Shown: piece after piece, positions 10,601-19,823 of the stretch | Numbering within the stretch: the stretch's first letter is position 1 | Layout: every line of letters begins with the position of its first letter | IMG/VR virus record: IMGVR_UViG_3300033144_003744 | Location: 1 to 64,000 of that record | Reading direction: 5' to 3' (one strand) | From: a virus | DNA: 64,000 bases | The notes under the pieces: generated by a model | What the model saw: the letters and a program-made list of their open reading frames with translations, nothing else | Databases searched by the model: none | Told to the model about the DNA's origin: nothing | Made by a program: the position numbers and the translations under genes

Positions 10601-11596
10601 TTAATTACCTCTTCTCCAACAAAATTCCATCTCTATACATTTTCCATTCATTTTTAAAGTATTGCAACTAGGACTATTAACATATTTTTTAACAATCCCC
10701 TTCACATACTTCCTAGTTAAATTTCTATCAAAGTCCACGACTATGTCTTCAAAAAAATCTACTATTTCATTTACAATACCGTTCAATTCATTTTCATTTA
10801 GACTACTAGGATGTCTCCCATTTCTATATATTTCAGAAAGGTACTGGCAAATCCAAACTCGTTCATTATGTGGAAGATAACCCCCCGATCTTATATTGGT
10901 TGTTAGACATGGGATTAATAGATCTAAGTCGATGTCTAAATCTTTTAATGGCTTATCAAAAGTAGGAAAATCGGGAAGAGTATCACTAGATTTATAATGC
11001 TTTAATTTAAATAAATCACCATTAAGTTTTATTATCCCCTTTCTTTGTACCATAGCTAATTCACAAATTTCTTCATGACTTGTATTAATCTCTTCTTCTG
11101 TTAGACTAGTACAAAATCTTCCACGTCTTTTATTCCAGGTTCCTGGTATTCTGATCATATGTGAGGGGTTTCCTACAATTGTGGGGTCCACTTCTAATCC
11201 TAATTGTTTTACTATTTTATTCTGATATAATGATACATCTAATATAGTATTTATATCATTTATTTCTGTATGAATATAAACATGGTAGCCACGCCCACTA
11301 AAAACTACAGTCTGAGATATATTTTTTTCTTTGAGATGACAATATAATTTATACATATCTTCATATGCATTATCTGTATCAAAATCAAAAGGAATTCTGT
11401 CAATTATAATGGATTTTCTATCGAATTTTTCTCTATTATATTCATCAATATATGTTTCTTTGTAGTTATATGTATTGGTGAAAACCTCATCTTTTCCATT
11501 AAAAAAATTAATATAGTTGAGATAAACTTCCATATTAGTTATGAAAAATCTTTTTTTGTTGAACTCTCTTGGCATTATCTCAAATATTTTAATCAC
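10601..11596 (-). CDS. Archaeo-eukaryotic primase: PriS catalytic domain fused to PriL-like Fe-S C-terminal domain
   Basis: DFD, FSGRGYHVY, RIPGTWN; C-terminal PC...HNER...Y.SPSC..L...G.C....C. Confidence 0.85.
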   Translation of the reverse strand: MIKIFEIMPREFNKKRFFITNMEVYLNYINFFNGKDEVFTNTYNYKETYIDEYNREKFDRKSIIIDRIPFDFDTDNAYEDMYKLYCHLKEKNISQTVVFSGRGYHVYIHTEINDINTILDVSLYQNKIVKQLGLEVDPTIVGNPSHMIRIPGTWNKRRGRFCTSLTEEEINTSHEEICELAMVQRKGIIKLNGDLFKLKHYKSSDTLPDFPTFDKPLKDLDIDLDLLIPCLTTNIRSGGYLPHNERVWICQYLSEIYRNGRHPSSLNENELNGIVNEIVDFFEDIVVDFDRNLTRKYVKGIVKKYVNSPSCNTLKMNGKCIEMEFCWRRGN

Positions 11597-11598
11597 CT

Positions 11599-12594
11599 TT
11601 ATTTAAATAATTCTGTTATTATAGCTTCAATAACAGGTACACTCACTGCATTTCCAATACATTTATATCTTTGAGAATCTGATATATTAACTATTTCTCC
11701 ATCTTTAATACCATATTTAGTCCAATTATCAGGAAATCCTTGTAATCTTTCACATTCTTTTGGTGTTAATCTTCTTATTCTAATATCTTCTGTTAATACT
11801 CCTTGTAAACAACCTGTATCTAATGTATTAGCTATATCTTTACCTACTCTACCACATCTAGTTTTACTATTTGGTTGGGAATAGTTTATAGAATCGCCAG
11901 GATTTACCTTTATATATCCTTGTTTTATTGCTTCTTTAACTAAAATATAATTCCCATCCAAATGCATTTTCGCATCTGTTGCTGTTAATGTTCTGCTAAC
12001 AACGGCATTCGATGCTTGTTCTCCACCCTTTGTAATAAATGGGTTGTCATTTTGTCTGATAGGAAATATTTTTCGTCCACTTGATCCTCTAAGATGTCCG
12101 ATAATGAACACTCGTTCTCTATTTTGGGGGACTCCGAAATTTTTAGAGTTAAGCACTTGCCATTCAACATCATACCCGATGTCGTCCAACGTCTTGAGAA
12201 TAGTTTCAAACGTCCTGCCCTTGTCATGCGATAGTAATCCTCTGACATTCTCAAGGAGCAAAATCTTAGGTCCTTTATACTTAGCGATTCTTGCAATCTC
12301 GAAAAATAAAGTTCCTCTTGTGTCCTCAAATCCACATCTTTTTCCTGCAATACTGAAAGCCTGGCAAGGAAATCCTCCAACAAGCATGTCGTGGTCTGGT
12401 ATGTCTCCTTCATTGATTCTTGTAATGTCTCCATATGGTTCTACTCCAAAGTTTTTTTCATATATTTGTCTTGCATATTTATCAATCTCAGAAGAAAATA
12501 CACATTCTAATTCAATTCCCATTTTTTCTGATGCTTGATGGATGCCTAATTCAAATCCACCAATACCAGAAAATAAACTAATATATTTCATCAT
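11599..12594 (-). CDS. DNA (cytosine-5)-methyltransferase
   Basis: SLFSGIGG, GGFPCQAFS, ENV, QNRERVF, RRLTPKECERLQGFP, GNAV. Confidence 0.95.
   Translation of the reverse strand: MMKYISLFSGIGGFELGIHQASEKMGIELECVFSSEIDKYARQIYEKNFGVEPYGDITRINEGDIPDHDMLVGGFPCQAFSIAGKRCGFEDTRGTLFFEIARIAKYKGPKILLLENVRGLLSHDKGRTFETILKTLDDIGYDVEWQVLNSKNFGVPQNRERVFIIGHLRGSSGRKIFPIRQNDNPFITKGGEQASNAVVSRTLTATDAKMHLDGNYILVKEAIKQGYIKVNPGDSINYSQPNSKTRCGRVGKDIANTLDTGCLQGVLTEDIRIRRLTPKECERLQGFPDNWTKYGIKDGEIVNISDSQRYKCIGNAVSVPVIEAIITELFK
11985..12434 (-). CDS. Alternative-frame nested ORF within the C5-MTase (EcoHK31I beta-like polypeptide)
   Basis: 149 codons open in a second frame; W.TSGMMLNG.C and SLSDILEDQVDEKYFLS motifs. 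Confidence 0.65.
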   Translation of the reverse strand: METLQESMKETYQTTTCLLEDFLARLSVLQEKDVDLRTQEELYFSRLQESLSIKDLRFCSLRMSEDYYRMTRAGRLKLFSRRWTTSGMMLNGKCLTLKISESPKIENECSLSDILEDQVDEKYFLSDKMTTHLLQRVENKHRMPLLAEH

Positions 12595-12826
12595 TACGTT
12601 TCCATTCAATTACTATTTTAGGATTTGATGTTGACATACTACCATATTTAGCTTCAAAATAATCATATCCAACAAAAATTTTTGACGGTTTTTCATCTGT
12701 ATGACTTAATATTTTAATTACTATTTCTTTCATTTCCAATAATTCTTCTTTTGTACTTGACATTTTAATACCTCATTGTCTATTATCTCCAACAAGTTAT
12801 ATATAAATAGTTGGTATTTTTGACCA

Positions 12827-13552
12827 TTAGCGGCCAAAAACACACTCTTCAAGAAGGAAACAACTACTACATTTTTTATGATGAAATGTTACAGGAAAAT
12901 CATCTTCCTTTATAGCATTTACTAATTTTTCTATGCTTTTATATGCAGCTTTTATAGATTGTTTTTTAATCTTTTCCATGTCAAAATAATCTACACGTGG
13001 ATAGAACCAAGATATATGTTCAATAGGGGCATCTAATTGATCTTCTAATAATATGTAATAAAAGGATAATTCCTTTCTTATCTTAGATTTCATATATGGC
13101 TTCCATTGACCGGTCTTTAATTCAAATATATTATAAGTACCGTCAGCTTCCATATAAATGTGATCAGGACGACCCCTCATGGCTACATAATCTTCACCAA
13201 TAGGTATTGTTTTATCATACGTGGTTTCAACAATTTTTGGTTTAAATAATGAAAGATCTCCTTCCATCAATTCAAGTTTTTCAGCCTCATGAAATGCTAT
13301 ACTGTCATAAAGTGGATCTTCTGTCTCAGGAAGATGTTCTCTAACATAATCAATCTTTGCATCAAATGATTCAGGAACTTTTTTGAGGTCAATTGATAGA
13401 ACACAGTTATCATGAGCTTCATGCTTTTCTGTTCCATCTGTCATTTGTGGCGTGGTTGGTTGTCGTAATTTATCTATTACAGTTCGTTTATATTTATATG
13501 GGCAATAGTCATAACTCATTAAATGACTTTTTGTCATGTAGAATGTTTCACT
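12827..13552 (-). CDS. Cas4/RecB-like PD-(D/E)xK exonuclease with 4-Cys cluster
   Basis: CPYKY, GT..H, RGRPD, FELKTG, C-terminal CSSC.....C; probable start MSETF. Confidence 0.85.
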   Translation of the reverse strand, partial: SETFYMTKSHLMSYDYCPYKYKRTVIDKLRQPTTPQMTDGTEKHEAHDNCVLSIDLKKVPESFDAKIDYVREHLPETEDPLYDSIAFHEAEKLELMEGDLSLFKPKIVETTYDKTIPIGEDYVAMRGRPDHIYMEADGTYNIFELKTGQWKPYMKSKIRKELSFYYILLEDQLDAPIEHISWFYPRVDYFDMEKIKKQSIKAAYKSIEKLVNAIKEDDFPVTFHHKKCSSCFLLEECVFGR

Positions 13553-14475
13553 CATTTTTTCTCCATAATTTATTTTTATTACATTCAAATATAATATTTC
13601 ATCTTGATTTAATTTTATATACACTACAAACCATTGGCATTACTACGGTCTTCATACAACGTTCACAAATATCAATTTCTTCGTTTTCATGATCACCAGA
13701 ATATACCATTTTAGCATATATACCCCAGGATCTATCATTTACAAGATCTCTGCCACATATATCACAAAAATATTCTGTTTTTTCCTTTGTGTGTTCAGGT
13801 ACTATTTCAGTAGTTATTTTTTTCATTTTTATCCCCTATTATCATTAACTCGTTTTTCATTTCTTCAAATTCTACAGGTATTGAATCTTCTAAACACACA
13901 TTATTTACAACACAAAATAAAAATCTTTTTTCATTACATCCTCTTGATTGACAATTATGTTGTTCAATAAATGGTTGAAATTCTTGTGGTATCATATTTA
14001 TCCTATAAATTCTGGAAGTGCGTTAGCAGACATATTTTTACATTTATGCTGCGTTGGAACAGAAAACGTTTTTCCACAGAATTTACATGTCCATGATTTT
14101 GTCCATTGAGATGAATTACTTTCTGGATGAGAAGACATTATTCCACCTCAGTAAACCAATCACATTCTTCCAATGTATTTTCTACTACAGCCATACAATA
14201 TCCCATTACACTAGCACCTGTTGGAAATATAATATCATCTATAACATTATATTTACCCATAATATTACATTTGCCATCTGAGTTTAAAAATTTACATTCT
14301 GTCATTTATTTATCTCCTCATATTATTGGTTGATTTCTAGCATCTATTAATACATGATGACATTTAATACATCTGTAATATTTGTGTACACCAACAGGAA
14401 CTGGTGTATCACAAAAGGAACAAAATGTATTTGCATCATTTGTAATTTCTAAAGTATATTTAAAGGGTTTATATT

Positions 14476-16089
14476 CTACCATTGATCAGCGCCTCTTATT
14501 CTCTTAGATGTCAATAAAGTATTTAAATTCCATCCCATACTATTAAAAATATTTTCTAATTTGCCAGGAATTAATTTATCAATCATTGCATCAACATCTA
14601 TTGTTAGATTTTCTATTTGTTCTGCGGTTTCAAAGCCCACAACACCATCATCTTTTACATTTAATTGTTCAGCAGCTTCATCCATCATTACAATAATCAT
14701 ATTTACCACATCACCTTCAGAATTAAGGTTAGTTTTAAGATTATCATTTGCCCAAATTGCTGCCTTTACATGGTCACTCTGTACTTTATATTTTTTCAAT
14801 GGTTTTTTTATCTTTTTCTTAATACAAATATCCTCAATCGAAAACTCATTATTTCTTAATCCTTGAACAATATTCTTCACATCAGAAAATATTACTTCTT
14901 TATCTTTTTCGTGTAAAATATTATGTATTGTATCTTCCTGAAGAGTTTTCATTATTGTGGTAGTAAGTTTCTTTTTTGTCTCGAAGCCCTGAATTTTATA
15001 TCCTTTCTTATCATCCATTGGATACATTCCAGCATATCTATTATTACCAACAAGTAAGAAACTTTCCATACATTTTTCCAATTCAATTTTAAATTTTCCG
15101 GGGATTAAATTATATTTTTCATCCAATTCATGCATAGATTCATTTATTGAATTTTCTATATCTTTAGCAATTCCAAGAAGTTCATTATAATCTATATCAT
15201 TCCAAGGAACATGTATAAATACAGAATCAGTATGTCCATAAATTATCTCAAATGATGGATAATATTCTTTAATATGTTCTATTGAGTGCTTTAAAGCTTG
15301 TCTACTTAACCAAGTGATACTTGCAGCAATGTCAGGATCATACAATCTTGATCCAGCATAAGCCATCCAACCATAGAATGAATTTTTTAGAAACTTTGTG
15401 GTTCTCTGTTTATTATCCCACTTGTTCCAATCTGAAGACTTTTCTGGGTACTTATCTCTTTCAACCTTGTAGTACTCACGCTTATTCTGAATGTCCCCTA
15501 GAAGGCTTGTGGTCAATCCTGGTGGACTTGACACAAAGGATACTCCATTACCTAATTTAATATCTCCATCTTTCTTTTTTGTTTCAAAAGACATGTTACA
15601 AGCTTCCATTGAAGAAGGATAAAGAGATTTATAATCTAAAATTATAACATTCTTATAAAATCCAACTTTAGGCTCTATAATCATTGCTCCTTCATACGGA
15701 ACTTTTTTATGATATCTACCAGTTGAAAGAACAATACCTCTCTCTTTTGCTTTGCGAAGATGTGCTATGTCAACAAGATCCTTATTATAAAATGTATCGG
15801 TAAATGTACAACCGGATAATCTTTGTCTATCCATAAATGTATCTACAATACTAAATTCATTATCAATCCATACTGTCCCTTCGACATCTCTTTTACTGTA
15901 TTGCAAGAAATTCTCAAAATCTTTTTCGTAATCATCCATTCCATACAATTTTCTAATCGGTGCATCGTTATTTTCAAGAACTGCTCGTAATCCTTGAGGT
16001 CCTATATCTCCATCACTTAATTTTTTATAACCAAACATTAAATCAAAGCAAATTCTTCCGAGTATAGGTGTATTTATTTGTTTATGCAT
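14476..16089 (-). CDS. polB: Family B DNA polymerase, C-terminal part (ExoIII and polymerase domain)
   Basis: GRICFDL, YSKRDV (ExoIII), DYKSLYPS, KFLKNSFYG, YGHTDS; GAGGT SD before ATG at 16089. Confidence 0.93.
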   Translation of the reverse strand: MHKQINTPILGRICFDLMFGYKKLSDGDIGPQGLRAVLENNDAPIRKLYGMDDYEKDFENFLQYSKRDVEGTVWIDNEFSIVDTFMDRQRLSGCTFTDTFYNKDLVDIAHLRKAKERGIVLSTGRYHKKVPYEGAMIIEPKVGFYKNVIILDYKSLYPSSMEACNMSFETKKKDGDIKLGNGVSFVSSPPGLTTSLLGDIQNKREYYKVERDKYPEKSSDWNKWDNKQRTTKFLKNSFYGWMAYAGSRLYDPDIAASITWLSRQALKHSIEHIKEYYPSFEIIYGHTDSVFIHVPWNDIDYNELLGIAKDIENSINESMHELDEKYNLIPGKFKIELEKCMESFLLVGNNRYAGMYPMDDKKGYKIQGFETKKKLTTTIMKTLQEDTIHNILHEKDKEVIFSDVKNIVQGLRNNEFSIEDICIKKKIKKPLKKYKVQSDHVKAAIWANDNLKTNLNSEGDVVNMIIVMMDEAAEQLNVKDDGVVGFETAEQIENLTIDVDAMIDKLIPGKLENIFNSMGWNLNTLLTSKRIRGADQW

Positions 16090-16090
16090 T

Positions 16091-16567
16091 TTAGACCTCA
16101 TTTAGACATACATATTCTTTAAATAATTCCTTTGCCTTTTGATTATAAGCTCTTGCTGCATCATCTTCATTCTCAAAATAACCCAAACTATAATTTTTTT
16201 TATTAAAACCTATTTGTCCCTGCCATTTTTTAATATGTTTATGCCAACTAACACCTTTATAACCAGAGGTATTATTTTTTTGTTTTATTTTATTCATTTG
16301 ATTTTGAGAATGTGTTACTATTCTAAGATTATTTTTTTGGTTATTTAATGTATTTCTATCTATATGATCAATTTCAAATCCTTGGGGTTCACCCATTATT
16401 AATCTATGCATCTTTTTTCTTTTTGATTTACCATTTATTTTAATATCAGAAATTGCATACTTATTTTTTTTATCATGTAAATGCCATTTATACTGAGATA
16501 ACATATCATAATCTTCATCATCGACCAAAACTATACCTTTATTATTTGATAATTTTATTTCTTTCAT
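16091..16567 (-). CDS. HNH-AP2 homing endonuclease inserted in polB
   Basis: MHRLIM, IDHIDRNTLNNQKNNLR, SGYKGVSW, LGYF..EDDAARAYN. Confidence 0.92.
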   Translation of the reverse strand: MKEIKLSNNKGIVLVDDEDYDMLSQYKWHLHDKKNKYAISDIKINGKSKRKKMHRLIMGEPQGFEIDHIDRNTLNNQKNNLRIVTHSQNQMNKIKQKNNTSGYKGVSWHKHIKKWQGQIGFNKKNYSLGYFENEDDAARAYNQKAKELFKEYVCLNEV

Positions 16568-17214
16568 GCTTCCACTTGTCCAATTGGTGATAATTCATTA
16601 GGATTCAATCCAATTCTGTACATACGATTAATAATATAGGGAATATCAAAATTTACTAAATTCCATCCACAAATCATATCGGGATTATATTCTTTCATAT
16701 CCTTAGTAAAATATTTCAACATTTCTTTTTCAGATTCAAAAATATATATGTTCCAATTATCATTATGCCTTTCATTTTCACCAACATATCCTTCTTTCCA
16801 CGATAAAGTAATATATTCATTAATAAAGGAATCCCAATATGTTATTGCAATTATTGCTTTATCAGTCTTCTTTGTGTCAAGTCCCATATCGGTTTCTATA
16901 TCAAGATGCCAAACTCTTGGTTCATATTCAGGAAGAGTTTCGAAGTTATCAATTAAAAATCTGTTCTCTATTGAAACATCAACCTCATATGAATCAGTTA
17001 ATGATTTAGCAAAATAATATCTTAAATTTGGTTTGTTGTAATACTTCTTAAATACAGTTGTATTGTGTATTGTTTTTGCTGTTCCTTTATTTGTAACTTC
17101 ATTAGAATAAAAATATGGAAAAAATACTTCACGTTTTTCTATAAGTTCTCTTCCTTCTCTGTAACGATAGTAAATACTTGGCTTTCCCTCTGTTCCTAAA
17201 TTATCAATAATCAT
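16564..17214 (-). CDS. polB: Family B DNA polymerase, N-terminal part (ExoI and ExoII)
   Basis: PYFY, RFLID, LDIET, GWNLVNFDIPYIINR, LSPIG. Confidence 0.9.
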   Translation of the reverse strand: MIIDNLGTEGKPSIYYRYREGRELIEKREVFFPYFYSNEVTNKGTAKTIHNTTVFKKYYNKPNLRYYFAKSLTDSYEVDVSIENRFLIDNFETLPEYEPRVWHLDIETDMGLDTKKTDKAIIAITYWDSFINEYITLSWKEGYVGENERHNDNWNIYIFESEKEMLKYFTKDMKEYNPDMICGWNLVNFDIPYIINRMYRIGLNPNELSPIGQVEA

Positions 17215-17494
17215 TTATTTTTCTCCATATTTAATTTTACAATATCTTCTTTATTAACTTGGAACTGCACCAAAAAAAATAAGTGTACCCCAGAACCAAC
17301 AATTTACTATATAAATTAGTATATATATAACATAATAAATTCTTTTATTTAATTTATGTTTTATTTGAAATTTTCTTAAATATTCTATAAGAATCAAGCA
17401 CATGGGCGTTACAGGAACAATGGAGAACGCTATAAGAAATATTAAATAATCAATCATTTTCATACCCAATAAAATATGTAGGGGTATAACCCCA

Positions 17495-17719
17495 TTAAAA
17501 CTGTGCCAGAGTAGCCTGACCATCATCTTCTTTAACTACATTTGGATTAAATGATGCAACTTCAGTTACCGTCAAAACTCTACTTGTTTCCATTTTTGTC
17601 GGGCATCCTGTACATCCAAAAATTGTTTGATATACATTCTTTTCTGGAATTACTAAATTTGCTGACATTATAATCATGTCGTTTCCACATTCTGAACATT
17701 TTGTTTTCATTTTATTCAC
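17495..17719 (-). CDS. Zn-ribbon protein with C-terminal PIP box
   Basis: CSECG..CTGC; ends QATLAQF (QxxLxxF). Confidence 0.6.
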   Translation of the reverse strand: MNKMKTKCSECGNDMIIMSANLVIPEKNVYQTIFGCTGCPTKMETSRVLTVTEVASFNPNVVKEDDGQATLAQF

Positions 17720-17866
17720 CTATATTTTATTAAGTAATTTTTAAATAATCTTCAATTTCAGACCAAATACACATTGTTGAATCATCTGTAAATCTAAATA
17801 CTAAATGAGTTCCATTTATATTTTTTATCTCTTCAATTGTTTTACCAATAAATAATTTTTCATCCA

Positions 17867-18628
17867 TTATTTATCATCTCCATCTAAATATTCAACAGGA
17901 AAGAACACTACTCTATCTCCTGTGTCATCTTCTACTATCATTGGTGTATTACTATTTAAATGTAATGTTACTTCTTGACCTAATTCTTTAAATATACAAT
18001 CAACACCAATGGAGTATATACCACCACAATCATCTCCTTCAATAATTGCTGGTATTTCTGTTTCAAAATCCTTTCCATCTCTTGAGAGTATAGATACAAA
18101 AAATCTATTATCCATTACTTCAAATCTGTATTCAAATAATTCATATCTATAATTAACTTTTTTTACTGCATCTGCAATGTCTTTACCTTTGGCTATGATG
18201 GTAGTATTAAATAATCCAGCATTACCATATCCTAATTTATCATTATCACCTAATATCTTATTATAATAAACTGGATAGTTAGATACTGTATCAATATGAG
18301 CTTGTTTAAGGGGATATTCTATCAATCCCACATCAGTACTAATACCCTGATGAGTTATCTCTATCTTACCCTTTATTCCATCCTTCAATACCCTTAAAAA
18401 ATCCACTGCATCAGATACATAAAAAGTTTCTGATTCATTACATTCTACAGGTATATTAAAATCTATCATTATATTTTTTTCTTTTGATATACCAGAACAA
18501 AATAAAGTATTGTTTTCTGCACTCAATTTTAAATCTAAAAAATAAGGAGCTCTTTTTCCTGACATTCCTCTGGAATAAACAATACATTTTGTTATAAATT
18601 TTTTCAGTTTGGCAGCACTAACTATCAT
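17867..18628 (-). CDS. Putative DNA sliding clamp (PCNA-like)
   Basis: About 250 aa with two-fold beta/alpha pattern; C-terminal VTLHL.SNTPMIV...VFFP typical of clamps; lies in replication cluster. Confidence 0.55.
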   Translation of the reverse strand: MIVSAAKLKKFITKCIVYSRGMSGKRAPYFLDLKLSAENNTLFCSGISKEKNIMIDFNIPVECNESETFYVSDAVDFLRVLKDGIKGKIEITHQGISTDVGLIEYPLKQAHIDTVSNYPVYYNKILGDNDKLGYGNAGLFNTTIIAKGKDIADAVKKVNYRYELFEYRFEVMDNRFFVSILSRDGKDFETEIPAIIEGDDCGGIYSIGVDCIFKELGQEVTLHLNSNTPMIVEDDTGDRVVFFPVEYLDGDDK

Positions 18629-18810
18629 AGTTTACCCCATATTTATTTCATAAAATAATCAAAATACACATCAATAAATTTTTCTAGTTCTGATATACTA
18701 AAATCTTGGGCTACATCATGCCGTATTTGTGTACCACCAATATAATTTATCATAACCTCATAAATTTTTTCTTTTAATTCTAAATCTTTGTTCATTTTTT
18801 TACCTTAATT

Positions 18811-18842
18811 TAAAGAAAAAGTTGTAGATTATAAAATCTACT
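18811..18842 (-). terminator. Hairpin plus T-tract terminator
   Basis: Minus strand GTAGATT-TTAT-AATCTAC followed by AACTTTTTCTTT. Confidence 0.55.
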
Positions 18843-19777
18843 TACTTAAACATACTCCAATCAAATCCGAACCACTCTTCATCACCCTGTTCTGCATTGT
18901 GTGGTATTGATGCAACTAGATGTTTACTACCCTCCAAATGTAGCTTACCCTTTGCTTTATGAACAGTTGCCCACATTTCTGTGGCTGCTTCTGTATCAAC
19001 CTTAGTACATTCAATACGTTGAAACATCTGTCCTGGTGTAAGAGATCCCCAATCTGGCACGGTGGCATATGTTTGAAGTTCTTTCTTTCCATCTCCAACA
19101 TTTACATATTTTTTCTTTTCTTTCATATGAGTAATGTATGATACTGGACATGGGAGGGCCTTAGCCAATAAAAGTGCCTGATTATACTTATCATCACGTA
19201 TATGCCAATTAGACTGATTAGTTTTCTCAAGCAATCCTATATCAAGTTCAACTTGCCGCATATATCCTTCGCATAACTTTAACCAACTATTCATTCCATC
19301 CATTACGCATCCTGCACTTTCTCCAGGTCCTTCTTCCTGAATATAGAACAACATACTCATGGTTTGCTGTATAGTTGCTTCTGGATCAACTGCTGCTCTC
19401 TTGGCTCCAGATTTATGCCGTACTACTGGATCAAGGACAACTATTCCTGGATCAGTAAGAACATCACCATATTCGTTAAATTGGACCTCGTTAGATTCAT
19501 CGAGATCTGGATAATATTCTTCAAGTAGTGGAGTAACTCCCTTATCAAAATCAAATAGATATAATGGTCTTTCTGTATCTATATCATCTTGAGTCCTTCT
19601 TGCGAGTGCAATACCGGTTTTAGCAGTACCATCAAGACCATAGATTCCAGTTACATATTTATTCTTTCTCTGTTTTCTTTGACTTGCAATTATTTCCCCA
19701 ACTTCTTCATGAGATAAATATCCTGCACCCTTTACTTCTTTCTTTCCTGCTGCCATATCTGCTAAACCCTTTGCCAT
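18842..19777 (-). CDS. AAA_24/Sak4-like P-loop ATPase (recombination)
   Basis: GIYGLDGTAKT Walker A, LFDFDKG, VMDG, YITHMK. Confidence 0.65.
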   Translation of the reverse strand: MAKGLADMAAGKKEVKGAGYLSHEEVGEIIASQRKQRKNKYVTGIYGLDGTAKTGIALARRTQDDIDTERPLYLFDFDKGVTPLLEEYYPDLDESNEVQFNEYGDVLTDPGIVVLDPVVRHKSGAKRAAVDPEATIQQTMSMLFYIQEEGPGESAGCVMDGMNSWLKLCEGYMRQVELDIGLLEKTNQSNWHIRDDKYNQALLLAKALPCPVSYITHMKEKKKYVNVGDGKKELQTYATVPDWGSLTPGQMFQRIECTKVDTEAATEMWATVHKAKGKLHLEGSKHLVASIPHNAEQGDEEWFGFDWSMFK

Positions 19778-19792
19778 TTTTCAAAACCTCTT

Positions 19793-19823
19793 AAATAAAA
19801 AAATAGTGGAATTAACCACTATA
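19793..19823 (-). terminator. Hairpin plus T-tract terminator
   Basis: Minus strand ATAGTGG-TTAATT-CCACTAT followed by a T run. Confidence 0.55.

Noticed and set aside
12044-12538. Plus-strand 164-aa ORF and other antisense ORFs over nrdD, polB, primase, ligase and cca
   Set aside because: Shadow frames opposite well-supported genes, with no motifs or SD.
12827-13552. Cas4 as evidence of a CRISPR-Cas locus
   Set aside because: No cas1/cas2 and no repeat-spacer array seen; solo Cas4-like nucleases are common in archaeal virus replication modules.
16084-16569. Group I intron, BHB intron or ribosomal bypass restoring a single PolB
   Set aside because: No non-coding flanks for an intron core. 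The GCAT/ATGC pairing gives a symmetric internal loop, not a bulge-helix-bulge. Joining at the repeated GCAT or landing on the matching GCA codon yields an immediate TAA.
18823-18842. Cas12a-repeat-like GTAGAT/ATCTAC hairpin
   Set aside because: Single copy directly after a stop codon and followed by a T-tract; better explained as a terminator.
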